A stretch of 64,000 nt of DNA from Methanotrichaceae archaeon (lineage in GTDB: Archaea; Halobacteriota; Methanosarcinia; Methanotrichales; Methanotrichaceae): NCBI GenBank assembly GCA_963803145.1, contig CAWDLW010000015.1, forward strand, positions 96,001 through 160,000, read 5' to 3'. This document shows positions 50,744 through 60,991 of the stretch, piece by piece. The notes under the pieces were generated by a model. The model made no database searches, was not told the DNA's origin, and saw only the letters and a program-made list of their open reading frames with translations. Numbering within the stretch: position 1 is the first letter of the stretch; each line of letters opens with the position of its first letter. The translations under genes and the position numbers were made by a program.

Positions 50744-51724
50744 TTAGGCTCGATTCCCAGAATTCCAATCAGCATCAAAGGTTGAAGACAAGACCTGAAT
50801 AATCCTCGAATCATCGATCAGAATACCTAGTTCCCTATTTCTATCGAGCGATGTAGGCGAAAAATTTTCAGACCCGACGAATGCCTTTAAGCCATCTGCA
50901 ATTATGATCTTGGCATGAATATAAGGAGTCTTCACAAGATGCACCTCAACGCCGCCTTTTATTAACGCATCTCTGCCTGGTGCATTGGCATCTTTCTTTG
51001 AATTTGATGGCGACATGACAACCTTCACATCCACACCTTTTTTGGAAGCCATGATGAGATGATCCTCAACTTCATGATCCTGCATCTCTTCATTCTCTAT
51101 CTCAAGGCTCTTTTGCGCACCATCTATCAAGCCAATTATTCTATCACGGGAGTTTACTGGGCTCCATACCAGGTTTGGATCGGATAATTCTGGAGCGGTT
51201 CGATTCCAATCTGCCTCAAAGGCTGATGCTATTTCGACAGCATCGTTAGCATCGTAGTCAATTAAGCCGAACTCGCGATTTTTAGTGTAGGCAGTGTGGG
51301 CTTGATTGAGGGTCATGATAAGAGCAACTTTGCGGTCTATGACTATTGCCTTCTCATGAGTCAGGCTAAAAGCAGGGCTGCTTGCCTCGACCGATACGCC
51401 TGATGAATTAAGAGAATCCATAATTGCTTTAAAATCGTTTGGACTTCCATAGGCCCAATCTTCAAGCATAACCTTGACTTTTACACCTCTTGAACTCGCA
51501 CCCGTAAGCGCATTTATAATGTTTTTATCTGTGATGAGGTACATTTCTACGAGGATCGATGATTGAGCTGAGTTCAAGGCATCCAAAACAGGCTTATAGC
51601 CATCTGTTGGTTCAACGAAGACCTGATTTTGGGATGTTGGGGGCTGATAGACAACGTAGGCAATATATAACACCCAGATGATCAGCAGAAGAATAACTAT
51701 GAATGAAATCTGCCGTGCTTTCAT
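50744..51724 (-). CDS. Phospholipase D family protein (two HKD motifs), N-terminal membrane anchor
   Basis: THEKAIVID and IHAKIIIAD...GSEN, NRE motifs. Confidence 0.92.
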   Translation of the reverse strand: MKARQISFIVILLLIIWVLYIAYVVYQPPTSQNQVFVEPTDGYKPVLDALNSAQSSILVEMYLITDKNIINALTGASSRGVKVKVMLEDWAYGSPNDFKAIMDSLNSSGVSVEASSPAFSLTHEKAIVIDRKVALIMTLNQAHTAYTKNREFGLIDYDANDAVEIASAFEADWNRTAPELSDPNLVWSPVNSRDRIIGLIDGAQKSLEIENEEMQDHEVEDHLIMASKKGVDVKVVMSPSNSKKDANAPGRDALIKGGVEVHLVKTPYIHAKIIIADGLKAFVGSENFSPTSLDRNRELGILIDDSRIIQVLSSTFDADWNSGNRA

Positions 51725-52067
51725 AATTTTTCGCTCACCGACCAGGTGCTTTAAATTCGTAACCGAGATAAGGACTTATACCCCTAATATAAATACATTA
51801 CTATCCCGCTATTTTTGTTATCAGATGATCTATAAGAGATTTATCGATCCGCTCATTTCTATTACATTGCGAATTTCTTAAAATTGTTAAATGTGGTTCA
51901 TTCCTCATGGATCCTTATTTAATATTTGCCTCATATAGTACCCATTTTGTAAAAAATCTGGATCATTTCAATCCAAAATTCGAATATAACTTCCAATTAA
52001 AGTACAAATGCTCTGATCGAAATCCTCATAAGCAGGAATGTCATTACAGTATTAATGAATTAAGTAA

Positions 52068-53231
52068 GTGATTAAAATGCTAAACGATGTTCAAAATGCT
52101 ATAAGAGCTATGGGTTATGGCTGGACTGCTGGGAAGACCTCGGTCAGTGAGCTCGCCCCTCTACAAAAAAGTAGGCGCCTAGGGCTTAGGAAGGTGGCAA
52201 ATGAAGTTCCGGACAAGGTGGAAACTATAAAACTGATCGGCCATCCCGCAACGATTGACTGGAGAAATAACTCGGGCAATTACTTGACCTCAATCAAGGA
52301 TCAGAGCGATTGTGGTTCCTGTGTAGCATTTGGAACCTGTGCAACGATCGAAGCCAGCGATAAAATATATCAGAAAAATCCTGCATTATCTATCGATCTC
52401 TCCGAAGCTGATCTGTTCTTTAGAGGCGGAGGAAACTGTGCTTACGGCTGGAATTTTGAGCCGGCATTAAGTAGAGCTAAGAATCATGGAATTTGCACTG
52501 AAGCCTGCTACCCCTATCCGGACGGCCCTATGTGCCCTAATTGCGACAACCAGCCTCTCCGTATCGCCAGCTACACTAAGCTGTCCAGTGGCGATGCCGT
52601 AAAGGACTGGATTGCAAACTACGGCCCAGTCTTAGCAGGCATGGATGTCTATGAAGACTTCTTTTATTACCAAAATGGCATCTATCGATACTCTTATGGC
52701 GGTTATATTGGCGGCCATGCTGTTTGTCTAATCGGATATAACGATGCTAAAAGCTGCTGGCTGGGTAAGAACTCCTGGAGCACAGAGTGGGGAGATAACG
52801 GCTGGTTTATGATCGGATACAATGAATGCGGGATGTTGCGCGGGTATCCTGCTTACGGCGTGTCTATGGGCGCAAGTCCTGGTCCCGGTCCCGTGCCGCC
52901 TGTACCGCCTGCGCCACCTGTGACAAATCCAGATCTAAAGGTTACAAAGGATGGCAGTTTTTACATTACTCTGACATCTACAAAGAGCGCACAGGCTACG
53001 TTCCTCTTAAATGACAAGGAGATGTGGCCAATGAGCAGCATGGTGAAAAACGTATCAACTTATTTGGCTGCCTTTAAAGTTGGGGACGGACTGAAATTTG
53101 ACCTGAAAACAAGCGCAGGAGTTGTTCATTATGTCCAGATATTCCCAATCGGCTGGAGGGTATGGCAGCTCAGGATGGGATTAACTAAGGGGACTTACCA
53201 GGATTTCGTGTTCACTTTGCTGGAGAAATAA
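52068..53231 (+). CDS. C1A (papain-like) cysteine peptidase with Pro-rich linker and C-terminal domain
   Basis: DWR, KDQSDCGSCVAF, GGHAVCLIGY, KNSWSTEWGDNG; PGPGPVPPVPPAPP linker. Confidence 0.92.
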   Translation: MIKMLNDVQNAIRAMGYGWTAGKTSVSELAPLQKSRRLGLRKVANEVPDKVETIKLIGHPATIDWRNNSGNYLTSIKDQSDCGSCVAFGTCATIEASDKIYQKNPALSIDLSEADLFFRGGGNCAYGWNFEPALSRAKNHGICTEACYPYPDGPMCPNCDNQPLRIASYTKLSSGDAVKDWIANYGPVLAGMDVYEDFFYYQNGIYRYSYGGYIGGHAVCLIGYNDAKSCWLGKNSWSTEWGDNGWFMIGYNECGMLRGYPAYGVSMGASPGPGPVPPVPPAPPVTNPDLKVTKDGSFYITLTSTKSAQATFLLNDKEMWPMSSMVKNVSTYLAAFKVGDGLKFDLKTSAGVVHYVQIFPIGWRVWQLRMGLTKGTYQDFVFTLLEK

Positions 53232-53490
53232 GTTTCTATATGTGAGAGGGATACCGATATTATAAGGATAGCTGAAGCTTGCGCTCAACACCAGCCATTG
53301 GCTTCCATTTCCGTTTATATTTACAAACACATCATTAAATATCTTATATTTATAGATCGATATGCAATCAGAAAATATGATCTAAAATATCGAAGGCCGC
53401 CTGCAAAAAGTTTCTCCCCCAGACACCTAAACCTTTAAATAAAGGTTAACTCAATTTAATTATTTATTAACCAAATTTAAACGGCTGATA

Positions 53491-54909
53491 ATGGAAGGGG
53501 GTATCATGATCGCAGGAAGCTCTATTAGATCCAATATGTTTATGCCCAATAATATCAACTATTTTAGAAACCTGAATAGCTGTATCCTTGACGCCCAAGA
53601 CGCGGCACAGGAGGAGGACAACGGGCCTAAAGATCCTACTGATTTTAGCGAATTGATAAAGAGGCTAGAAGGATGCCAGCTCAAACTTCCTCCTCTTTAC
53701 CGTGAAATCGTCTATAAACAGTATATCGATAACATTGATAGCATTGGTGAGACCGGATTCAATAAGATCCTTTTGAGGGACCCAAACCGAGAGGGTGAAG
53801 CCTGTATTATGCTGGACATTGCTCAGGCTATCCTTCAGCATGGAGAAGGCTACAGCAAAAGAGCAACAGATGCATTTCAGGAGGTTGTCAGCGATCTGTA
53901 CGATGGATTCCTTTCTGCTGAAAATCGCAGGAGCATTAAGCCTCCTGACCTGGAGATAATCGCGCCTCTTGTCAAGTGGGGAAATCCAGAATCAGGACCC
54001 TACACATGGCCCGCTGATTGTACAATTAACTTCGGTGTGAAGGCCGCTATAGTAAACCTTCCACCTGCGAACGCGCAGCGTGGCATCCTTGCATGGGCCG
54101 CATTAGGACACGAAACCGCAGGGCATGATATTATACATGCTGATACCGGACTTCTCCAGGAGCTGAAGAGCTGCCTGCTATGTGCCATGCAGGATGCAAA
54201 TGTTGCACCATTGCTGCCGGATTATTGGGCTACAAGGATTGACGAGACTGCCGCCGATGTGCTCGGAATGCTGAACATGGGACCTGCTGCAGGAATTGCC
54301 CTCATAGGATATTTCCGGGCGCTAAATGCGGCTTACACAGGGAAATCGACGCTCAGGAACGTTGGACCAGGCGAAGATCTACACCCTGCAGATATTCTTC
54401 GCGGGTACTTGGCAGCATCAGTAGTAAGGCTACTAAATTTCAGCCAGGCAAATGAATGGGCGATAGCTATCGAGGCCGAGACGGATAAGGATCTCACTAC
54501 GGTTCAGCTTGGATCAGACAATACTGTGATAACACCCGATGATGCCAAGAGATCTGCCAGCATAGCAGCCGGTTGCTTGGCACAGACGAGGATGACATGT
54601 TTGAATAACCACGCATTGGGTGATATTCAGAACTGGTCCGATAACGATGAATTTATGGTGAAACAGATTCGATCTATTCTAAGGACTACCGATCCCTTGC
54701 CCGAACTTTACAACAGAGGGTTTTATGCAGCTCATGTTGTGGCGGCAGCTGTTATAGAAGCGCTCTTTGGGGACTCAGATATTCCTCTCCTCTTCGTGCG
54801 TATGACAAATGTGTTAAAGATGCTACACGACAAAAATCCCTCTTGGGGGCCGCTTTATGTGAGGCATCCGGGAAATATGGTCCCTTTAAAGGCCTACATT
54901 CCTTATTAG
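53491..54909 (+). CDS. Hypothetical protein with HExxxH / E...D zincin-like motifs
   Basis: 472-aa ORF; ALGHETAGHD, IDETAADVLG, downstream HP...R. Confidence 0.7.
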   Translation: MEGGIMIAGSSIRSNMFMPNNINYFRNLNSCILDAQDAAQEEDNGPKDPTDFSELIKRLEGCQLKLPPLYREIVYKQYIDNIDSIGETGFNKILLRDPNREGEACIMLDIAQAILQHGEGYSKRATDAFQEVVSDLYDGFLSAENRRSIKPPDLEIIAPLVKWGNPESGPYTWPADCTINFGVKAAIVNLPPANAQRGILAWAALGHETAGHDIIHADTGLLQELKSCLLCAMQDANVAPLLPDYWATRIDETAADVLGMLNMGPAAGIALIGYFRALNAAYTGKSTLRNVGPGEDLHPADILRGYLAASVVRLLNFSQANEWAIAIEAETDKDLTTVQLGSDNTVITPDDAKRSASIAAGCLAQTRMTCLNNHALGDIQNWSDNDEFMVKQIRSILRTTDPLPELYNRGFYAAHVVAAAVIEALFGDSDIPLLFVRMTNVLKMLHDKNPSWGPLYVRHPGNMVPLKAYIPY

Positions 54910-55119
54910 CATTTGCAAGACCCTAGGAGATTATAGCCAAATAGCCAAAAAGCTATATGCAATCGAATCCAAAAAAGGGGCTATAGCTGCTCAGGAAAGC
55001 TGACGCAATTGATTAGAATCTGCGAACTAACTGTGATAAACGGCGGCAATCTGCAGGGAGTGCCTAGTCAGGGCCATAGAACTCTGCCCTGAGATAGGAT
55101 TTCCCAAGAGGTAATAAAT

Positions 55120-56382
55120 TTGGATAACTCGGAAGAAAAGGCGGAGAATGAGAAAGCTGCACTTCTAAGCCAGCCTTACATTGTTGGTCAGAGCAAATCA
55201 TCAGGCGAACCACATGAGATCAAAATCGTGGGAACTGCTCATGTATCGGAAAAAAGCGTTCAAGAGGTAACTGCAGCCATAGAGGAATTCAGGCCGGATA
55301 TCGTAGCCGTGGAACTATGCCTAGGAAGGTATAAGGCTTTAACTGGCCAAGAGGAAGATCAAGAGCTTAAAATAAGCGAGCTTATCAGCGGGAAGAAACT
55401 CTACGTACTCCTGGTCCAGATGTTCTTAGCGTATATTCAAAAGGGGATCGGCGATAAGTACGGAGTCCGCCCTGGCTCAGAGATGCTTGCAGCCATAGAA
55501 ATGGCCCAAAAGACGGGAGCCAGATTTTCCTTAGTAGACAGGGAGGTGGGCATAACCATCCAACGCTTCTGGTCTGCTATGGGATTTATAGATAAGATCA
55601 AGATCTTCTTTGCTCTAGCGCCCGCAGCTCTGGGCTTGGACGAAGAGGATATCGATATAGACAACATCACCCAAGACGATGTCGTCTCTCAGATGATATC
55701 TGAGTTCCGCAAGATTTCGCCAGCTGCAACCAATGTTCTTATAGATGAGAGAGATGCATATATCGCTAAGAACCTGTATGAACTCTCCAAAGAGGGCAAG
55801 GTTTTAGCAGTCGTTGGCGCTGGCCACAAAGAGGGCATAGCAAAGCTTCTTGCCAATCCTAATACTATTCCCACTGTAGAAAACTTAACTGAGAAGCCTG
55901 CGAAGAAGATCACATTCGTTAAAGTCTTCGGAGCAGCTATGATGCTGCTCATGCTGACGACCATTGGGCTGATCCTTGCAAAAGGTTACTCAAGCCATAC
56001 AATATTGTTAGCTTTTGGGATATGGTTTGTTGTTCATGGCGTGCTCAGCTGCATCGGAGTGGTTGTGGCTCGCGGACACCCGTTATCTGCTTTAACGGCT
56101 TTGGCCATGGGCTGGATGACCAATCTGATACCTTTTGCAGCAGCCGGATGGTTTGCAGGTATGGTGGAGGCCTGGAAGCGAAAGCCTACAGTAACTGATC
56201 TGAAGAGGCTCGCCGATGCAAAGACCTTTGATGATATGATGGATAATAGTTTCTTCAGAGTTGTCTTAGTAGCGGCACTAGCGAATGTAGGAGCTTTAGC
56301 AGGCACATTCTTGGCGATCTATCTTATCTGGGTGCGGCTAGGATTGATCAACCCTGTCGAGCTGCTAAAGGGTATACTGTAG
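55120..56382 (+). CDS. TraB/PrgY/GumN family protein
   Basis: VGTAHVS, VAVELC, PGSEM, DRE, LIDERD, VVGAGH; C-terminal TMs. Confidence 0.92.
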   Translation: MDNSEEKAENEKAALLSQPYIVGQSKSSGEPHEIKIVGTAHVSEKSVQEVTAAIEEFRPDIVAVELCLGRYKALTGQEEDQELKISELISGKKLYVLLVQMFLAYIQKGIGDKYGVRPGSEMLAAIEMAQKTGARFSLVDREVGITIQRFWSAMGFIDKIKIFFALAPAALGLDEEDIDIDNITQDDVVSQMISEFRKISPAATNVLIDERDAYIAKNLYELSKEGKVLAVVGAGHKEGIAKLLANPNTIPTVENLTEKPAKKITFVKVFGAAMMLLMLTTIGLILAKGYSSHTILLAFGIWFVVHGVLSCIGVVVARGHPLSALTALAMGWMTNLIPFAAAGWFAGMVEAWKRKPTVTDLKRLADAKTFDDMMDNSFFRVVLVAALANVGALAGTFLAIYLIWVRLGLINPVELLKGIL

Positions 56383-56426
56383 CAAAAATCCATAAATATC
56401 TGAGCATTACAAGTATTTGCGCTACC

Positions 56427-57122
56427 ATGAGGATACATTACCTGCAGCATGTTCCCTTCGAGGACCTGGCAAATATAGAGAAATGGGCCGAGAATAGGGG
56501 CCATGACATATCGAGAACATTGCTGTTTTCTGGCGGCAGCCCGCCGAAACTGGAGAAGTTCGATTGGCTAATCATAATGGGTGGGCCTATGAACATCTAC
56601 GAGCACAGCAGATACCCTTGGTTGGTCCAGGAGAAGAAGTTCATAGGAGATGCAATCGTTAATGGTAAAGCCGTCTTGGGGATCTGCCTGGGAGCACAGC
56701 TCATGGCTGACGTTCTGGGAGGAAAAGTCCTCAAGAACGAACATCGTGAGATAGGCTGGCACGATGTCAGGCTGACACCGGATGCGAAAGAATCAGAAGT
56801 TTTCGGCATTTTGCCTGAAGAGTTTCCTGCGTTCCACTGGCATGGTGATACCTTTACCATACCTCCTGGAGCTATACATACGGCCGAAAGCATTGCGTGC
56901 AGGAATCAGGCATTCGAGAAGGGCAAGGCAATTGGACTCCAGTTCCACCTTGAGTCATCTATAGATAGTATAGATCACCTAATATCTAACTGCAGTGATG
57001 AGCTCGTTGGCGGGACTTATGTCCAGAGTCCAAAGGAACTGCTATCACATCTGGATAAGCTCTACGAGATCAATGGCCTAATGGAGAGGTTCCTGGACAG
57101 CATGGAGAAAAACCTATTTTAG
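56427..57122 (+). CDS. Type 1 glutamine amidotransferase
   Basis: LQHVPFE, MGGPM, GICLGAQ, HWHGDTF, QFHLE. Confidence 0.92.
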   Translation: MRIHYLQHVPFEDLANIEKWAENRGHDISRTLLFSGGSPPKLEKFDWLIIMGGPMNIYEHSRYPWLVQEKKFIGDAIVNGKAVLGICLGAQLMADVLGGKVLKNEHREIGWHDVRLTPDAKESEVFGILPEEFPAFHWHGDTFTIPPGAIHTAESIACRNQAFEKGKAIGLQFHLESSIDSIDHLISNCSDELVGGTYVQSPKELLSHLDKLYEINGLMERFLDSMEKNLF

Positions 57123-57154
57123 CTTCAATGTATGCGGTTCCAAGAACCATAATC

Positions 57155-58129
57155 TTAGATCTCTTTTTCGGCCAATCCCGCTTTTACAAATAGAACCGGC
57201 GCTGCTGCAGCTACCCAAATACTTGCAATCATTGCTTGCAGATAATCTATTATGTAGCTGATTAATAGCGGTTGGTGCAGTCTAATTGCTCCAATGCCAA
57301 ACCAAATCAGCGCGAGCACTGCGATCCCAAGAATATAGCGCAATAATCGTACAACTGCATGTCCTCCGACACTGAATTTATATCTTCGGCAAAGCCAAGA
57401 GTAGCCTGTCCCCATGCCAAAGAGGGTCCCAGCAGACACCAAAATATCTCCACGGGTCAGCGGATTAATAGGAGTGCCTGTAGCAGCCATAGCATTCTCA
57501 GCCCATGATGATGGGAGATGCCAGCTCCCAAGCGCCATGAGGCATAAGTAGAACAATGCTAGGAGGACAATGGATGCCAGAAATGATATGAGTATCTGCC
57601 TTCTCAAATCAAGATTCTGGAGAAACACTGCAGCCTTTGGCTCCAATCGAAGAACCGCCGTGAGTATAAAAGCACCAGTAGTCCAGCCGATTGCCACATC
57701 AATAGGGAAATGGGCACCGAGATAGATCCGGGATATGCCTATGAGAATTATTAGTATGAAAGCTGCGACCCATGCCCATGCGTTATTTAAAAAATTCGCA
57801 AGATAACCCCAGGTGCAGACAGCATTTTGCGCATGGCCGGACGGAATCCCAAATGAGCTATAGCCTGTAGATGCAATAACTTTACGGCTTACCCAGTAAG
57901 GACGAGGGGTATGAAAAGCGATCTTCAGACTATCATTCAGACCTTGGCTTATCATCAGAATCAGCCCAAGCCGAAATCCAAGGCGTGTATCGATGCACCA
58001 GTAGATGGCAGATACAATTAGAAGATAGAATTCAACAGATCCAATAGCAGTGGCAAGCTGCATGATAGGCAAAGGCCAGACATAATGCTGCAAATATATG
58101 ATGAAAGCGATCTGCTGATCATAAGCCAT
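57155..58129 (-). CDS. PAP2 family phosphatase
   Basis: K.AFHTPRP, PSGHA, SRIYLGAHF. Confidence 0.92.
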   Translation of the reverse strand: MAYDQQIAFIIYLQHYVWPLPIMQLATAIGSVEFYLLIVSAIYWCIDTRLGFRLGLILMISQGLNDSLKIAFHTPRPYWVSRKVIASTGYSSFGIPSGHAQNAVCTWGYLANFLNNAWAWVAAFILIILIGISRIYLGAHFPIDVAIGWTTGAFILTAVLRLEPKAAVFLQNLDLRRQILISFLASIVLLALFYLCLMALGSWHLPSSWAENAMAATGTPINPLTRGDILVSAGTLFGMGTGYSWLCRRYKFSVGGHAVVRLLRYILGIAVLALIWFGIGAIRLHQPLLISYIIDYLQAMIASIWVAAAAPVLFVKAGLAEKEI

Positions 58130-58595
58130 TTCTCTTGTCCTTCTTGAGAGTCATAACAGCGCAAGCAATATCATAATGTTAATCGATTATGCTATTAGTC
58201 TTTTTTGCTGTACTGTTATGAATAACTGATCAATTGGCGAAAAGGCATTGCTGCTTTTCTTTTCATAAGTATAAAGCAGGAATTGGTTTAATATTGGTCA
58301 TATCTTCAGAATCATCTTTAAGCGGTAGCCTTGAATTGGCACCCATTAGTCTATACTAACTATAAACGGACACGACTGAATCTCCAGTATTCAAGAAAGT
58401 GCGAATATGTAGAACGGAACCATATAATTCACTTTCAGGAAAAACTGAACGGTTTTAGCTGGAATTAATGGCAGTTACCCCAAATTAATTTATTGTTCGT
58501 TCGGTTATACTTTTTTATATCGTTCAAAATAAGGGGGATCTGCAAGACGACTCAGCCTAAACACTAGGGTCGATCTTGAATGGAGGTATAGTTCA

Positions 58596-59045
58596 ATGAA
58601 ATATATTAAATTCTTGATGGCATTGGCAGTTGCATGTGTTCTCATTATGCCAGCCTTTTCAATGCCATATGATACACAAAATGGAAAACAGAACCAGTGG
58701 AATGACCAGAAGCCCATGATGCAAGATGGCAAAGAGAATCAATGCAATTGCCAGAATTCCATGGGACAGGACAATAATCAGTGCGGATGCCAGAAGTCCA
58801 TGATGGGCAATGATGGCAACCAGAACAAGTTTGATGGCAAGCAGAATGATCAGTGCGGATGCCAGAACTCCATGGGAAAAGACAACAAGCAGATGTTCAA
58901 TAGGCCTGTTGAGTCCATGATGGGAAAGATGAATAAACATAATGGCAAGCAGATGTGCCATAAGCCCATTGAGTCCATGATGGGAAAGATGAATAAACAT
59001 AATGGCATCAAGGCAGTAATAGTCAGCGTAAAAATTATTGAGTAA
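58596..59045 (+). CDS. Secreted low-complexity repeat protein (Gln/Asn/Lys/Met/Cys-rich)
   Basis: GGAGGT RBS; signal peptide; QCxCQxSM x3; 20-aa repeat x2 ending ESMMGKMNKHNG. Confidence 0.8.
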   Translation: MKYIKFLMALAVACVLIMPAFSMPYDTQNGKQNQWNDQKPMMQDGKENQCNCQNSMGQDNNQCGCQKSMMGNDGNQNKFDGKQNDQCGCQNSMGKDNKQMFNRPVESMMGKMNKHNGKQMCHKPIESMMGKMNKHNGIKAVIVSVKIIE

Positions 59046-59135
59046 GACAAGCATAATACAAAAAACATATAAATCAGCTGCGTACAAAGAAACGAAGATA
59101 GACCTAACATAATCTCATAAAAGAGACAACAAGTA

Positions 59136-59161
59136 TGGTCAGGATAGTATTATCCTGACCA
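59136..59161. terminator. Perfect 11-bp hairpin (terminator or operator)
   Basis: TGGTCAGGATA-gtat-TATCCTGACCA followed by aattactttt. Confidence 0.6.
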
Positions 59162-59213
59162 ATTACTTTTGAAATAGGATAATATGAGATCGCGGGGTCA
59201 GGAGAAAATTGGT

Positions 59214-59546
59214 ATGAGAAAAAGCTATTATTTAGCGATATTAGTTTTAATAGCAGCAAGTAGCATGGCATTAACTGCGTCCGCTCAGGAGCAAGTCGAC
59301 TTTACAGTCTATGTTCATGATGGGAGCCTAAATGGGACGGCACTCTCAGGTGCCCAGGTCACTGGGCAGGATGCTGCCGGAAACAGTTTTAATAGCACAA
59401 CAGATTCAGATGGCGCTGTTACCCTTAACGGACAGCCAGGAACATGGCAGTTCACATTCGCGAAGAACGGCTACGAAACATTGAGTGGGGATTATGATGT
59501 TACGGGAACGGAGGATGGCGCTGTTTTTCTCCAGAAGAGTAATTAA
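59214..59546 (+). CDS. Secreted protein with one carboxypeptidase-regulatory/prealbumin-like beta domain
   Basis: Signal peptide MRKSYYLAIL..ASA; LSGAQVTGQDAAGN...TDSDG...GTWQFTFAKNGY. Confidence 0.8.
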   Translation: MRKSYYLAILVLIAASSMALTASAQEQVDFTVYVHDGSLNGTALSGAQVTGQDAAGNSFNSTTDSDGAVTLNGQPGTWQFTFAKNGYETLSGDYDVTGTEDGAVFLQKSN

Positions 59547-59755
59547 TTTTGAAGGCAGTTTGCATTCTCCATACCCTTTCGATAACCTGCGTTTCAGCCC
59601 ATTCAACAGCCAGCGCTCATATATTATCAGCCAATTCTCTGGCTGCACTAGTAGCGCAGGCTTAATGCATTCTCGTATTTATGCCATGAATATATAGTCG
59701 AGGTTGTGTAATATATGGAAGAGATGGATAGCCACAAAATCAGGAGGAAATTGAT

Positions 59756-60991
59756 ATGAGAAAGAGCTATTTTTTAGCTATATTGATATTATTGATAGTG
59801 TGTAGCATGGCATTGACGGCCTCTGCATTACCAACGGATAGGTGGTCGACATCAAGATACTCTAATAGTTACGGAAACGAAAACAGAAATGAAAATGGAC
59901 AAGAGACAAACCAGATTGCTCAAACCCAGAATCAGGTCACCTTAACCCTTTATGTTCTCGATAAAGAGAACGGCCAATTGCTTTCCGGGGTTGACGTCAC
60001 AGTGTACGATGCAACAGGAAATAACATTGGGGGCGCAACCGATTCGAAGGGATCTATCGTCCTCACTGGACGGCCAGGGACTTGGCAGTTTACGCTTGCA
60101 AAAGATGGTTATAAAACCTCTAATATAGGATATGCTATCACCAAGCCACTTATAGCTAAAACATATCTTTCAAAAGTTGCTGTTCAACCAGTATCGTCTC
60201 AGATTCCTACAGAAACAGCCGCTTACCCACAGGAAACTGCTAAATCCACACAGGCTACAGAAACTGCTCAGATAGCTCCGACTACTCAACCTGTTCAATC
60301 ACAAACGCCAGTGTCTCTGAAAATAGACGTTTATGAGACTGGCCAAAATGAGACGCTGCTTCCTGGCGTTCAGGTAACTGGGTATGATGCTGTTGGCAAC
60401 AGCTTCTCAGGCATAACAGACTCAAATGGCGCTGTAGTCCTTAGCGGACTGCCAGGAATGTGGCAGTTCACGTTCTCCAAGGAAGGCTATGATACCCTCA
60501 ACCTGAATTATAATGTCAATAAAACCGATGAGGTTTGGGCTTCTCTCCAGAGAACTTCTCAACTTGCGCCCCAGAGCATTACACAAGCAGCTTCTATTCC
60601 GGTCGCTCCTCAATCTCAACCCCAAGGTCAAGTTGATTTCGCTATTTATGTTCACGAAGACGATCTTAATGGGACGGCCCTCTCTGGTGTCCAAGTCACT
60701 GGACAGGATGCTGCTGGCAACATCTTTAATAGCACAACAGATTCAGATGGTGCTGTAGTCATTAGTGGGCAGCCGGGAACATGGCAGTTCACGTTCGCGA
60801 AGGAAGGATACGAAACACTGAGCGGACCTTATGAGGTTACTGGTACAAACTATGGTGCTGTTTTCCTCCAAAGTGCTGATCAGTCGACACAATCCGCTAT
60901 TCCAGATGCTAGCGAGGTCTCATCCTCCCAAACGACGGATCAACAATACTCATTGCAGCCTACTACGCAGACAATATCTACAGCATCTTAG
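59756..60991 (+). CDS. Secreted protein with three copies of the same domain and Q/T/P-rich linkers
   Basis: Same signal peptide; three LSGV.VT..DA.GN...TDS.G...G.WQFT..K.GY repeats. Confidence 0.85.
   Translation: MRKSYFLAILILLIVCSMALTASALPTDRWSTSRYSNSYGNENRNENGQETNQIAQTQNQVTLTLYVLDKENGQLLSGVDVTVYDATGNNIGGATDSKGSIVLTGRPGTWQFTLAKDGYKTSNIGYAITKPLIAKTYLSKVAVQPVSSQIPTETAAYPQETAKSTQATETAQIAPTTQPVQSQTPVSLKIDVYETGQNETLLPGVQVTGYDAVGNSFSGITDSNGAVVLSGLPGMWQFTFSKEGYDTLNLNYNVNKTDEVWASLQRTSQLAPQSITQAASIPVAPQSQPQGQVDFAIYVHEDDLNGTALSGVQVTGQDAAGNIFNSTTDSDGAVVISGQPGTWQFTFAKEGYETLSGPYEVTGTNYGAVFLQSADQSTQSAIPDASEVSSSQTTDQQYSLQPTTQTISTAS

Noticed and set aside
58880-59006. 60-bp direct repeats as CRISPR or DGR template
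   Set aside because: In-frame coding repeats within a secreted protein; no reverse transcriptase or cas gene
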